A stretch of 64,000 nt of DNA from Chloroflexaceae bacterium (GTDB lineage Bacteria > Chloroflexota > Chloroflexia > Chloroflexales > Chloroflexaceae): the NCBI GenBank assembly GCA_028282325.1, contig JANQID010000050.1, positions 1,820 through 65,819 on the forward strand, given 5' to 3'. Position numbers and translations under genes: made by a program. Positions within the stretch are counted from its first letter, which is position 1. Each line of letters starts with the position of its first letter. The notes under the pieces are model-generated. The model was given only the letters and a program-made list of their open reading frames with translations. It had not been told where the DNA came from and did not search any database. Positions 53,859 to 63,438 of this stretch are shown one piece after another.

Positions 53859-54497
53859 TCATATCCGGGGCGTATTGTTGAGGCTGCGCCAGAGATGCCA
53901 GACGGCGATGCTGCGATACGGTCGCCATACCTCGGCGATGCTGCGAATGGCCGCGCCGTCCGGTAATTCGTCGAGCAGATAGGCACGCTTGATGGCCTGG
54001 CGCAAGCCCAGATCGGCGACCGGCAGCACATCAACGCGCCCTAATCCGAAGATGAGGTACATCTCGGCGGTCCAGCGCCCGATTCCTTTGATCTGGGTGA
54101 GCTGGTCGATCACGCTCTCGTCGGTGCAATCTTCCAGGCGGGCGAAGTCAAGCGCGCCGGAATGCGTTTGCGCCGCCAGGTCGAGCACATAGCGGGCTTT
54201 CTGGTTCGACAGTCCCGCCGCGCGCAGGTCGTCGGGGGCGAGCGCCAGAATGCGCGCCGGGAGCAGATCGCCGACGGCGGCTTCCAGGCGGCGCATAATC
54301 GCCGCGGCGGCTTTGGTCGAGATCTGCTGTGACACAATGGCGTTGACCAGCGTGGCGAAGCCTTCGCTGTGGGGACGCAGGCTGAATGTCCCGACTGCGT
54401 CGATGATCGCGCGCAGTGTGGCATCGGCTCGACGCAGATGCGCGATGGCCTGGGTTGCATCGATAGTGTGCAGTGATTGGGGCGGTTGTTGGGTCAT
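53859..54497 (-). CDS. HhH-GPD DNA glycosylase (3-methyladenine glycosylase II / AlkA-like)
   Basis: 212 aa with IVSQQISTKAA, LTQIKGIGRWTAEMYLIF and DVLPVADLGL. Confidence 0.8.
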   Translation of the reverse strand: MTQQPPQSLHTIDATQAIAHLRRADATLRAIIDAVGTFSLRPHSEGFATLVNAIVSQQISTKAAAAIMRRLEAAVGDLLPARILALAPDDLRAAGLSNQKARYVLDLAAQTHSGALDFARLEDCTDESVIDQLTQIKGIGRWTAEMYLIFGLGRVDVLPVADLGLRQAIKRAYLLDELPDGAAIRSIAEVWRPYRSIAVWHLWRSLNNTPRI

Positions 54498-54763
54498 AGT
54501 ACCTGTTTGATTTGATATGACACGAGCTTACGCAGTGCTCCTCTGAGTGACCATATTCGCCTTCGGCAGAGTAGAGAATATACTTCTTCGGAGGGTCGCA
54601 GGCTCTCCGAGACTCCGCGCTTGCGATCGTCCGCGCAACTCGTGTGATATGATTGGCGAGTGCAGAGTCGCACGTTGTCGCACGTTTCGCATTGCAGTAT
54701 GAAACGCAGACCGAACCAGTATACTCTAATTCACGACGGTTCGATCTGCGTCTGGCATAAGCG

Positions 54764-57700
54764 CTATGACCCCTCTGGCGCATTATCCGCCGGGAAGATG
54801 CTGGCCTCGCTGAGTCCCAGGATGGCGCTGTGCGCGCCCTGGAGCCCGCCTTCGCCATGCAGCGGATCTATCGCGCCGTTGGTGTCAAAATCCGCGCCGT
54901 CGGCCACTTCGTTCAGCAAGCGCTCGACTTCATCGACAAACGGTTGGGCTTCGGCGACGGTATCAGAGGCGAACACCTTCAGCGCCTGTTCAAACGCAGC
55001 TTCGACCGTTTCCAGTCCGTTTGCACTGGTTGCCTGGATGCGCGCGGCAAAGAAACGTTGGTTGCCGATCAGGTCGGAGCGATCCTCCAGTTCTTCCATT
55101 GCGGTGATCATACGTTGCAAATAGCCGCGCACGCCGACTCCGTCGCCCGGATTCTGGGCCTGACCGTCAAGGTTGAGATCGCCGAAATGTACGCCGCCCG
55201 CGCCATCGAGAATGTTGACGACATGCTCGATATGCATTTTGGCTTCGGCCAGATTGCCGCTTGCCAGCGACTCGCGGGCGAAGTCTTTGTGTTGCATCGC
55301 TACGCCCAGTTGCTCTTCGGCGCCAAAGAACGCGCCTTTGGTTTCGCTTTCCGAAGCCAGCAGTTGGGTGCCGTCCGGCGATGCGAATGCCGCCAGATCG
55401 CTGGTAAATACGATGGCGTCGGTGGGGCGCAGATTAGCGTCGCCGTCGATCTCCACGCTGATAACCAGGCGGTTGTAGTTGTTCAGCAGATGCTCGTCGT
55501 GGGTTCCGGCGAGCAGAGCGCTTCCCGCGACCAGATCAAGCGGGCCGAGAAACAGCGTCGCGTCACGTTCATCGCTGATCAGCCAGGCGTCGTAGTGTGA
55601 GCCGTCCGGCGGCGTCGGTACGCGGGTCATTTCCAGCAGAAACGCTGCGCCGCGCGTCGTCTCGCTGTCGGATACGCGAAGGACGCCGACGCGTCCCGGC
55701 ACGGTTTCGGCCAGTGCGTCGGGCGCCGGCGCAGCGTCCTGTTCATCCGCAATGGGTATTGCTGCCATCGCCAGTGTGTAAGTATAGGCCTCCGGCAGAG
55801 TTTCCTGATCACGCGATCCGTTCGCCAGCGCCTCGGCCTGTTCGATCAGCTCTTCTACAAATGGTCGCGCTTCGTCGGGCGTGTCGGAGGCGACCAACCG
55901 CGCTGCATTGGCGATCATCGCGTCGAGCGTTTCCTGCGCCGTTTCGATGGCGACGCCGGCGCGTTGGGCATAGAAGCGCTGATCGGTGCTCAAGCCGTGG
56001 CTTTCCAACGCCTGCACGACCTGCTGGCGTCCCGCTTCGAGGTACGCGCGCACGCCGAAGCCGTCGCCGGGATTCTGGGTCTGACCGTCAAGGTTGAGGT
56101 CGCCGTAGAACTCGCCGCTCTCGCCGTCGAGAATATTGACGACGTGCTCGATGTGCGTTTTGGCTTCGTCCAGGTCGCCCTTGTCGAAGCCTTCCAGGCT
56201 GAATTGCGTGTGTTGCAGCGCGACCTGGGCCTGTTCGCGTGCGCCGATCAGGGCGCCGGTTTCATTCACGCCTTCGATGAGCAACTGCCGAACCGCGGCG
56301 GCGTAGTCGGCGGACAGTTCGCCGACGAAGGCGATCTCGCCGCCGATGGCGGTCGCCTGGCTATTGTCGGCGCCATCCGGCTCGATGCTGATGATCGCCG
56401 AGTCGGTCGTCACGATGAGGTTCTGATCCGCTGCGCCGCTCAATACGATGCGGTTGTTCGCCACTTCCAACGGCCCCAGATTGCGCACGTCGCCGTCGCG
56501 CGTCGCGAGCCAGAGCTCGTAGTGTTGTCCGCTCGGCGGCTGCGCGACCCGGTCGATCTGGAGTGTGAAGGCGCCGGCGTTCACGTCTGCGCTGTCGGTG
56601 AAACGCAACGCTCCGGCATAACCGGGATCTTCGGGCGGCGCCGGCTCCGCTGTGGGCGAGGCCGGTTCGGCGGTCGGCGCTGCGGTTGGCACGACGGCGG
56701 CCACAGCTTCGGTCGGCGCTGCGGTTGGCTGCGTTACGACAGTCGCTGTTGCGGCGGGATCGGGGGCGGTGGTAATATTGGCGGCTTGTTGGTCGTCGTC
56801 CCGGCTGAATGCGAACCAGAGACCGGCGCCGCCCAACAGCACCACCAGAATGGCGACTGCAATAAACACCGGCGTTCGTAATCCGCCCTCCGGCTGAGGC
56901 GCCGGGCCAGTTTCGGCGACCGGAGATTGGCCATCGACGCCCAGGTGTGATGTTGTTCTGGGCGACGGCGATTCAGCGCCGGTCGTTGAAGCGCTCAATG
57001 TGCTTCCGTCGGCGATGGTCTCTTCCATCATCAGAACCGTTTGTGCGTCGTGGCTACCGGGCGCTGCTGGAAGCGCCGCCTGGGTTTCGCGAATAGCCTG
57101 GGCAAATGCTTCGGCGGACTGAAACCGCTCCTGCGGGTCTTTGGCGAGCGCCTTCTCGATCAGGCGAACCACCGGTTCGGGAAAATCGGGGCGCGTATCG
57201 CGCAGTGATGGCAATGGCTCTTGCAACTGCTTCATAATCACGGACATTGGCGTATCGCCCGTGTAGGGGACGTGTCCGGTCACCATCTCATAGAGCATGA
57301 TGCCAAGGCTGTAGATGTCGGCGCGGGCGTCGATGCGCTGACCCATAACTGCTTCGGGGCTCATATACGCAGGCGTACCGACCATTGCGCCGGTCGTTGT
57401 TACGGTTGCATCGTTGAGCAGCTTGCCAATGCCAAAATCGTTGAGTACTACATGGGTGCTGGCCTCATCCTTGAAAATGACGTTACCGGGCTTGATGTCG
57501 CGGTGGATCGTGCCGCGCGCATGGGCATACGCCAGAGCTTCCGTGAGTTGCGTCGTGATGGCCAGCGCCTCCGACCAGGTCAGCGCGCCGCGTTCATCGA
57601 GATACGCGCGCAACGTCTTGCCGGGAATATAGTCCACGATCATGAAATAGTAGCCGTCGGCGACATCGAAATCGATCACATGGACGATATGCGGGTGCTG

Positions 57701-57898
57701 AAGTTGCCCCAGGCTGCGGGCTTCGCGCTTGAAGCGGACGACGAAGTCATCGGATGCGGCCAGATGGCTGTGCAGCACTTTCACCGCGACCAGACGCTCG
57801 ATCGTTGGCTGAACGGCTTTGTAGACGGTAGCCATACCTCCTTGTCCAAGGCGTTCAACAAGCTGGTATCGGCCTAGTGTGCGACCTGTCAGATCCAT
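54764..57898 (-). CDS. Ser/Thr protein kinase with single TM and large duplicated extracellular region
   Basis: 1044 aa. Kinase motifs are LGQGGMATVYKA, HRDIKPGN, DFG and GTPAYMSPE. The TM is VFIAVAILVVLLGGAGLWFAF. Two extracellular copies of an RskA-C-like unit follow (HYELWLATRDG..LGPL and HYDAWLISDER..LGPL). There is also a repeated unit with HIEHVVNILDG..G..[FY]GDLNLDGQxQNPGDGxGVRxYL. Confidence 0.9.
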   Translation of the reverse strand: MDLTGRTLGRYQLVERLGQGGMATVYKAVQPTIERLVAVKVLHSHLAASDDFVVRFKREARSLGQLQHPHIVHVIDFDVADGYYFMIVDYIPGKTLRAYLDERGALTWSEALAITTQLTEALAYAHARGTIHRDIKPGNVIFKDEASTHVVLNDFGIGKLLNDATVTTTGAMVGTPAYMSPEAVMGQRIDARADIYSLGIMLYEMVTGHVPYTGDTPMSVIMKQLQEPLPSLRDTRPDFPEPVVRLIEKALAKDPQERFQSAEAFAQAIRETQAALPAAPGSHDAQTVLMMEETIADGSTLSASTTGAESPSPRTTSHLGVDGQSPVAETGPAPQPEGGLRTPVFIAVAILVVLLGGAGLWFAFSRDDDQQAANITTAPDPAATATVVTQPTAAPTEAVAAVVPTAAPTAEPASPTAEPAPPEDPGYAGALRFTDSADVNAGAFTLQIDRVAQPPSGQHYELWLATRDGDVRNLGPLEVANNRIVLSGAADQNLIVTTDSAIISIEPDGADNSQATAIGGEIAFVGELSADYAAAVRQLLIEGVNETGALIGAREQAQVALQHTQFSLEGFDKGDLDEAKTHIEHVVNILDGESGEFYGDLNLDGQTQNPGDGFGVRAYLEAGRQQVVQALESHGLSTDQRFYAQRAGVAIETAQETLDAMIANAARLVASDTPDEARPFVEELIEQAEALANGSRDQETLPEAYTYTLAMAAIPIADEQDAAPAPDALAETVPGRVGVLRVSDSETTRGAAFLLEMTRVPTPPDGSHYDAWLISDERDATLFLGPLDLVAGSALLAGTHDEHLLNNYNRLVISVEIDGDANLRPTDAIVFTSDLAAFASPDGTQLLASESETKGAFFGAEEQLGVAMQHKDFARESLASGNLAEAKMHIEHVVNILDGAGGVHFGDLNLDGQAQNPGDGVGVRGYLQRMITAMEELEDRSDLIGNQRFFAARIQATSANGLETVEAAFEQALKVFASDTVAEAQPFVDEVERLLNEVADGADFDTNGAIDPLHGEGGLQGAHSAILGLSEASIFPADNAPEGS

Positions 57899-58047
57899 AC
57901 TATCCTACTCTGCAATCTATATTTATCAATACGAACAATGCGAAAATTTACGGCGTTTAGGTGGAGTTGTGTGTGTATGGTAACACGTTACTAAACAAAA
58001 ATCTATCGTAATTTTTGAACGTGTCGTGGAGACTTCGGCGTGATTGA

Positions 58048-58127
58048 GGGTGCGGCAGAGTACCGCAGTTTGCTGCCGCACCCGATGGAAGAATCGTACG
58101 AGCCAGTTGATACAACAACTGGCTCGT
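58048..58127 (-). terminator. two stem-loops downstream of pspC
   Basis: The first is ACGAGCCAGTTG-ATACAA-CAACTGGCTCGT (58098-58127, 12 bp). The second is GGGTGCGGCAG...CTGCCGCACCC (58048-58083, 11 bp). Neither has a clear U-tract. Confidence 0.35.
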
Positions 58128-58161
58128 GACGGATGCGATGAAGGTTAACGTCTCTTACGGG

Positions 58162-58485
58162 CTAGCGCTCGATCTTTTCGCCTGTGTACGGGTCATACTT
58201 CCATTCGCCGGTCGGATCCTGGGCCTGCGGCGCTTGCTGCTGCGGCGCAGGCTGCTGTGGTACATACTGCTGCGGCGTCGAGTATAGGGGTGCGCCTTCC
58301 TCCGGCATCACGATCCAGAGAATGATGTAGATCAAAGGACTGAGGCCGCTCAATACCGCCAGGACAAACACCAGCCGGACGATTGTGCTGTCGATGCCGA
58401 AATAGTTGGCCAGGCCGCCGCATACGCCGGCGATCATCTTGTCGTTCGCGCTGCGAGCGAGACGTACGCTCGTGTTCATAATCAT
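58162..58485 (-). CDS. PspC-domain membrane protein
   Basis: 107 aa with KMIAGVCGGLANYFGIDSTIVRLVFVL...IYIILWIVMP, then a Q/P-rich tail. Confidence 0.85.
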   Translation of the reverse strand: MIMNTSVRLARSANDKMIAGVCGGLANYFGIDSTIVRLVFVLAVLSGLSPLIYIILWIVMPEEGAPLYSTPQQYVPQQPAPQQQAPQAQDPTGEWKYDPYTGEKIER

Positions 58486-58715
58486 CTCCTTATGCTTTAC
58501 TTATTATTATTTGCCGCTGTTGTGCGGTTTGCTGTTCCATTCGCTTCACCCTCTGAGACGAATAATGCGTCTGGAGAGTTGCAGGCGATTCTTCACGACA
58601 CTCCTACGCGGCCTTCACAACTTCTTCACACCCGTCGGCTATAGTGCTACTCGAACGAAACGCGTTCAACCTGAAAACGGTCAAGCCTTTCAAACATAAC
58701 GCAGGAGGAATAACA

Positions 58716-59465
58716 ATGTTTGGCAAGATACTACGCTACGGCGGAACGACACTGGCCGGTGTGGCATTGGCGGGCGCGGTAGTCTGGAGTGGGATTGTTC
58801 CGACCGACGCCTCGACCACGGCGGCGCAGATCCCGCAGCAAGGGCAGATGCAAGATACTGCTGAGCCCGGCTTCCAGGGACAGTTCCCCGACGGCTCTGG
58901 CCGCGACCGGCGTGATCGCCGTCCTCACAAGGGCGAAATGCTCGTCGGTGCGCTGATCCGCCAGACCAGCGAAGCGACGGAACTGAGCGTCCAGGAGGTG
59001 ACGGAGCAGGTGCGCAGCGGCGCGACCCTGGCCGAGGTGGCGGGCGATAGCGCCGATGCGGTGGTCGATGCCGTGGTCGCCCAGGCTCAGGAACGCCTGG
59101 ATCAAGTGGTGGAGAATGGACGATTGACGCAGGAACGCGCTGACGAGATGATCGCTCAAGTCACCGAGCAGGCCAACCAGCTTATGGTGGATGCCGAACT
59201 GGGCAGCAAGATCAATCAGCGCTTTGATCAGGTTAAAGATAACTATGCGCGCGCCGGTCTGGTAGCGACCCTGGCCGATGAAACCGACCTGACGGCGAAA
59301 GAGATCGCCCAGCAGTTGCGCGATGGCGCAAGCCTGGCGGAAATTGCCGCCGACCAGGGGTTGAGCAGCGAGGATCTGGTCAATACGGCGGTAGACAACT
59401 TCCGTACGATTGCCGAGGATGTGGTTGACGACGTCTTCAGCCCGCCGGCCAACGGCAACGAGTAA
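58716..59465 (+). CDS. secreted helical-repeat protein of unknown function
   Basis: ATG 58716 lies 7 nt after AGGAGG (58703-58708). The N-terminus is signal-like (MFGKILRYGGTTLAGVALAGAVVW). The internal repeat is E[VI][TA]EQ[VL]R[SD]GA[TS]LAE[VI]A. Confidence 0.7.
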   Translation: MFGKILRYGGTTLAGVALAGAVVWSGIVPTDASTTAAQIPQQGQMQDTAEPGFQGQFPDGSGRDRRDRRPHKGEMLVGALIRQTSEATELSVQEVTEQVRSGATLAEVAGDSADAVVDAVVAQAQERLDQVVENGRLTQERADEMIAQVTEQANQLMVDAELGSKINQRFDQVKDNYARAGLVATLADETDLTAKEIAQQLRDGASLAEIAADQGLSSEDLVNTAVDNFRTIAEDVVDDVFSPPANGNE

Positions 59466-59482
59466 CGTCTAGTGAAAGCAAT

Positions 59483-59548
59483 GGGGGAGCCAGCTTTACC
59501 CTAGCTCCCCCTTTCCGGCTTCTGAGCGCTCGATTGAGCGCTTTTTTG
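59483..59548 (+). terminator. tandem intrinsic terminators
   Basis: The first hairpin is GGGGGAGC...GCTCCCCC (59483-59511) followed by TTT. The second is AGCGCTC-GATT-GAGCGCT (59525-59542) followed by TTTTT. Confidence 0.65.
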
Positions 59549-59630
59549 CTGTAGAGAATAAGATGTCAGATCGTGTTCGATCCGGTACAATATCCAGAGC
59601 GATCATTCCTTACTCATCCGGAGGATAGCG

Positions 59631-60314
59631 ATGCCCCAGCGCGTATTGATTGTCGATGACGAACCCAAACTGGTGCAGGGGCTGGCGGCCTATTTTCAGC
59701 AGGCCGGGTTTGACACCCTGTCGGCGTATGATGGCAAGACCGCTTTGGCAATGGCCCGCCGCGAACAGCCGGATTTGATCTTGCTCGATCTGATGATGCC
59801 GGAGATCGATGGCCTGGAGGTCTGTCGCGAGGTGCGTCGCGATTCCGCCGTGCCGATTATTATGATCACGGCGCGCGTCGAGGAGACGGATATGCTGATC
59901 GGCCTGGAACTTGGCGCCGACGACTATATCACCAAGCCCTACAGTCCGCGCGAAGTGGTGGCGCGGGCACGGGCCGTGCTGCGCCGCGCCAGCGGCGGTC
60001 TCATATCGGCGAACGTGTTGCGCGCCGGTCCGGTGGCGATCGATCTCGATCGCTACAGCGTGCAAGTCAACGGCCAGCCGGTCGAGTTGACGCCGACCGA
60101 GTTCGCGCTGCTGTCCGCGTTGCTGCGCAATGTCGGACGTCCGCTCAATCGCTCGCAATTGCTCGACGCCGCCCAGGGCGACGCCTACGAAGGTTATGAA
60201 CGCACGATCGACGCGCATATCAAGAATCTGCGCCGCAAGATCGAGCCAAACCCGACCAGGCCGAGCTATATTCTTACGGTGTTCGGCGTAGGGTACAAAT
60301 TCAACGATACATAA
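59631..60314 (+). CDS. OmpR/PhoB-family response regulator
   Basis: 227 aa with a receiver domain (VLIVDDE, LILLDLMMPEIDG) and a winged-helix domain (LTPTEFALLSALL, YILTVFGVGYKF). Confidence 0.9.
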   Translation: MPQRVLIVDDEPKLVQGLAAYFQQAGFDTLSAYDGKTALAMARREQPDLILLDLMMPEIDGLEVCREVRRDSAVPIIMITARVEETDMLIGLELGADDYITKPYSPREVVARARAVLRRASGGLISANVLRAGPVAIDLDRYSVQVNGQPVELTPTEFALLSALLRNVGRPLNRSQLLDAAQGDAYEGYERTIDAHIKNLRRKIEPNPTRPSYILTVFGVGYKFNDT

Positions 60315-60326
60315 GAACGCACACGA

Positions 60327-61742
60327 ATGAAACGCTCCCTCCATAGACGGCTCACGGTGACTCATACGCTCGTGGCGTTGCTGGCGGTCATCCTTGTTGC
60401 GCTCTTAGCCAGCGGCTTGATTGTGCAGGCCTACCGCGTTCTTGCGGAACAGCAGGCGCGCAGTGTCAGCCAGCGTCTGGCCGATCAGCTGGGGCCGTAC
60501 TACGCCCGGAGCCGGAGTTGGGACAATATCGAGCGTGATTTCCGGCAACGCCTCGAAGACTCGCCGGTGCTGTCTGATCGGCGCGTCATCCTGGCCGATA
60601 CGCAGAACATTGTTGTCTTTGATAGCGCCGATAGACTGGAAGGCCAGTTGTTGCCGCAGAGGCTTCTCAGACAGGCGTCGTCGGTGCGTTTCCTCAACCG
60701 GCCCGTTGGTATGGTCGTTATCCCGTACGGCTCGGATGGGCAGAACAACGTTGAGCTTGGTTTTATCCGCAGCATCATCGGGATAACCATCGTCGGCAGT
60801 CTTGTTGCCGGGGGAGTGGCGTTGCTGGTGGCGCTGTTGGTATCCCGCCAGCTCACTAAGCCGTTGCGCTCGCTGACCGACGCCGTCCGGCGGCTGGCTT
60901 CCGGCAAGCAGCATGAGCCGATCGATCCGCCCAGGGAAATCGAGTTGGCCGAACTGGCCGGGGCGTTTAATACGATGGCCGCCGAACTGTCTCGCCAGGA
61001 AGCATTGCGCCGCCAGCTTGTCGCCGACATCGCCCACGAGCTACGCACGCCGCTAAGTGTGTTGCGCCTCCAGGTGGAGAGTCTGGAGGATGGCGTTGAG
61101 CAGCCGACGCCTGAAGTGTTTTCCTCGCTCAGCCACGAGGTAGGTTTGCTCTCCCGCCTGATCGGCGATTTGCGCTTGCTGTCACTTGCCGATGCCGGAC
61201 AACTTCAGCTAGCGATCGAGGCGATCGATGCGCAGAGCTTGATCGAGCAGGCGGCGCTTTCGGGTATGCCGCGCGCTCGCCAGGAGGGCATCGATCTGCG
61301 CGTCGAAGCCAACGGCGCGTTGCCGCCGATCAAAGGCGACCGCCAGCGTATGACCCAGGTGCTGGGCAATCTGGTGGAAAACGCACTGCGCTACACGCCG
61401 AGCGGCGGTTCGGTGACGTTGCGGGCGCGTCGTGCAGACGCCGAGGCGACAAGCTGGCGCGCGACCGACGCGCGCATAACCAGACCGTTGTCACAGCTCG
61501 ATGCGTCGGCTGCGGTCGTGATCGAGGTGAGCGATACCGGGCCTGGTATCGCCCCCGATGACCTTGAGCACATCTTCGAGCGCTTCTATCGCGCCGACCG
61601 AGCCCGCGCGCGCGAAACCGGCGGGAGCGGCCTGGGGCTAGCGATTGTCCAGCGTCTGGTCGAATCCCAGGGCGGCCAGGTGGGCGTGAAGAGCGCCCTT
61701 GGTCAAGGCACGACGTTCTGGGTGACACTGCCGACTGCGTAG
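60327..61742 (+). CDS. HAMP-domain sensor histidine kinase
   Basis: 471 aa with two TM helices, a HAMP domain, the H-box VADIAHELRTPL, the N-box NLVENALRYTP and the G-boxes DTGPGI and GSGLGLAIV. Confidence 0.9.
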   Translation: MKRSLHRRLTVTHTLVALLAVILVALLASGLIVQAYRVLAEQQARSVSQRLADQLGPYYARSRSWDNIERDFRQRLEDSPVLSDRRVILADTQNIVVFDSADRLEGQLLPQRLLRQASSVRFLNRPVGMVVIPYGSDGQNNVELGFIRSIIGITIVGSLVAGGVALLVALLVSRQLTKPLRSLTDAVRRLASGKQHEPIDPPREIELAELAGAFNTMAAELSRQEALRRQLVADIAHELRTPLSVLRLQVESLEDGVEQPTPEVFSSLSHEVGLLSRLIGDLRLLSLADAGQLQLAIEAIDAQSLIEQAALSGMPRARQEGIDLRVEANGALPPIKGDRQRMTQVLGNLVENALRYTPSGGSVTLRARRADAEATSWRATDARITRPLSQLDASAAVVIEVSDTGPGIAPDDLEHIFERFYRADRARARETGGSGLGLAIVQRLVESQGGQVGVKSALGQGTTFWVTLPTA

Positions 61743-61791
61743 CGCGCTTGCACTGTTGCTGGGCCGACATACTCCGGGTATACTGAGTACT

Positions 61792-62205
61792 ATGCAGCCC
61801 AATGCCGGCCCGAAGCGTATATTGTTTCCTCCTCTTATTCTGGGAGCGGTGTTTGTCCTCAGCCTCATCGGATTTCTCGGATTGGCGCTTTACGTCAATG
61901 TCCGCGTGATCGACTATCCGGGCGCCGATATCGTCTCCCAACATTTTTCGACGCATTTTCGGGGCCATCCATATTTTCGACAAGATGTGTCATACCGCTC
62001 CGCCGACGATTTCCCGGTCGTTTATAATTGGTACTCGACCGGCTTTGATCTGGGGCCGGAAAAACATGCGATTAGCTCCTGCATTTTGATGGAAAATACG
62101 GCAGCGTGGTTCGTATTCACCCGGCATATGAGCGTGATACTCTGCGATGCGCAAAGCGGGCGACGGATTTTTGTCGAGCGCACACTGTCGCTGCATATGC
62201 CGTGA
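61792..62205 (+). CDS. hypothetical membrane-anchored protein
   Basis: The in-frame ATG 61792 gives MQPNAGPKRILFPPLILGAVFVLSLIGFLGLALYV. I recognise no domain. It starts 50 nt after the kinase stop. Confidence 0.5.
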   Translation: MQPNAGPKRILFPPLILGAVFVLSLIGFLGLALYVNVRVIDYPGADIVSQHFSTHFRGHPYFRQDVSYRSADDFPVVYNWYSTGFDLGPEKHAISSCILMENTAAWFVFTRHMSVILCDAQSGRRIFVERTLSLHMP

Positions 62206-62232
62206 TCCGACCGTGGCGAATATCTCCGGCTG

Positions 62233-62877
62233 ATGGTGCAAATCATTATGGAGGGCGTAATGACGAATGCTGAAAAGCCCGAAGGCGCGCGATCCAGGAA
62301 TATGATGGATATGTATCCGCAAACGCGCCGGGCTGCGCAAATGTGGCGGCTGCCGCTGATCACCTGGCGGCTAGGTCTGGGGCCGATCGTCGGGCGCGTG
62401 ATGCTGGTGTTGACGACGACTGGGCGCAAGAGCGGCTTGCCGCGCCAGACGATGGTTGAGTATCACGTGCTGAATGGACGCAAATACTCCCCGTGCGCGT
62501 TTGGCGAAAAGGCCCAGTGGTATCGCAATATCCTCGCCGATCCCCACGTGACGGTCCAAACCTCCGACGGGACGGAGCGGATGCTCGCCCGGCGCGTCAC
62601 CGACGAAGATGAATTGGTCGCCGTGTTTGAGGTTCTGATGCGGCGAAACTCGGCTATGCTGAACTGGTATTTGCAGTCGATTGGTGTGGAGCCTGATAAA
62701 GATTCTATCCGTGCAAACAAGGATAAAATCTATTGGGTATGCTTCGAGCCGACCAATGAGCCGGGCCCGCCAGGCCTGGAGGTTGACCTGGCCTGGATCT
62801 GGCCCGCGGCGCTGACGTTGTTGCTGCTGATGCACGTCGTTGGCGGAAAGCGTCGCCGTCGCCATGTGCAGGTGTAG
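62233..62877 (+). CDS. deazaflavin (F420H2)-dependent nitroreductase-family (Ddn-like) protein with C-terminal TM
   Basis: Contains VMLVLTTTGRKSGLPRQTMVEY...GEKAQWYRNILADPHVTV, the typical Ddn/split-barrel signature. The C-terminal helix is WIWPAALTLLLLMHVV. The start codon is uncertain. Confidence 0.75.
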   Translation: MVQIIMEGVMTNAEKPEGARSRNMMDMYPQTRRAAQMWRLPLITWRLGLGPIVGRVMLVLTTTGRKSGLPRQTMVEYHVLNGRKYSPCAFGEKAQWYRNILADPHVTVQTSDGTERMLARRVTDEDELVAVFEVLMRRNSAMLNWYLQSIGVEPDKDSIRANKDKIYWVCFEPTNEPGPPGLEVDLAWIWPAALTLLLLMHVVGGKRRRRHVQV

Positions 62878-62945
62878 CGCTGTGAAGCCTGTGATTTCGT
62901 GATCGCGCCGCCCGTTGCCTATGCTGAGATGAGAGAGCGACATCA

Positions 62946-63416
62946 ATGATCGATATTGCTATCCCCGGCGCCAAGCATTTGAAACTTCAACACCTGGCGC
63001 TAGATTACAATGGCACGCTGGCCTTTGACGGCGTGTTGATCGATGGCGTCCGCGAGCGATTGAACACGTTGGCTAGGAGTCTGGATGTTCATGTGCTGAC
63101 TGCTGACACCTTCGGCGGCGTGCAAGCGGAAATGGAAGGCGTCGCCTGTACCGTGCATATTCTGCCGCGTGAACATCAGGACGAGGGCAAGCTCACCTAT
63201 GTGCAGCGGCTGGGGGCCGATGCCTGCATTGGCATCGGCAACGGGCGCAACGACTGGCTTATGCTCAAAGCCGCTGCGCTGGGCATTGTGGTGATGCAAG
63301 GCGAAGGCGTGGCGGTCGAGACGCTGCTGGCCGCCGATGTCATCGCGCCCGACATCCTCGCGGCGTTAGATCTCTTGACCAACCCGCTGCGCCTGATTGC
63401 CACGCTGCGAACGTAA
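62946..63416 (+). CDS. small HAD-superfamily hydrolase (soluble P-type-ATPase-like, COG4087-type)
   Basis: 156 aa with LALDYNGTL, VLTADTFG and GIGNGRNDWLMLKAA. Confidence 0.7.
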   Translation: MIDIAIPGAKHLKLQHLALDYNGTLAFDGVLIDGVRERLNTLARSLDVHVLTADTFGGVQAEMEGVACTVHILPREHQDEGKLTYVQRLGADACIGIGNGRNDWLMLKAAALGIVVMQGEGVAVETLLAADVIAPDILAALDLLTNPLRLIATLRT

Positions 63417-63438
63417 GAACATCTGGTATCATAGCGTA

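Noticed and set aside
55964-56881. Plus-strand ORFs (54830-55600, 55964-56881, 57221-57877) opposite the Ser/Thr kinase gene
   Set aside because: They are antisense to a gene with complete Hanks kinase motifs and internal repeats, so they are high-GC antisense artefacts.
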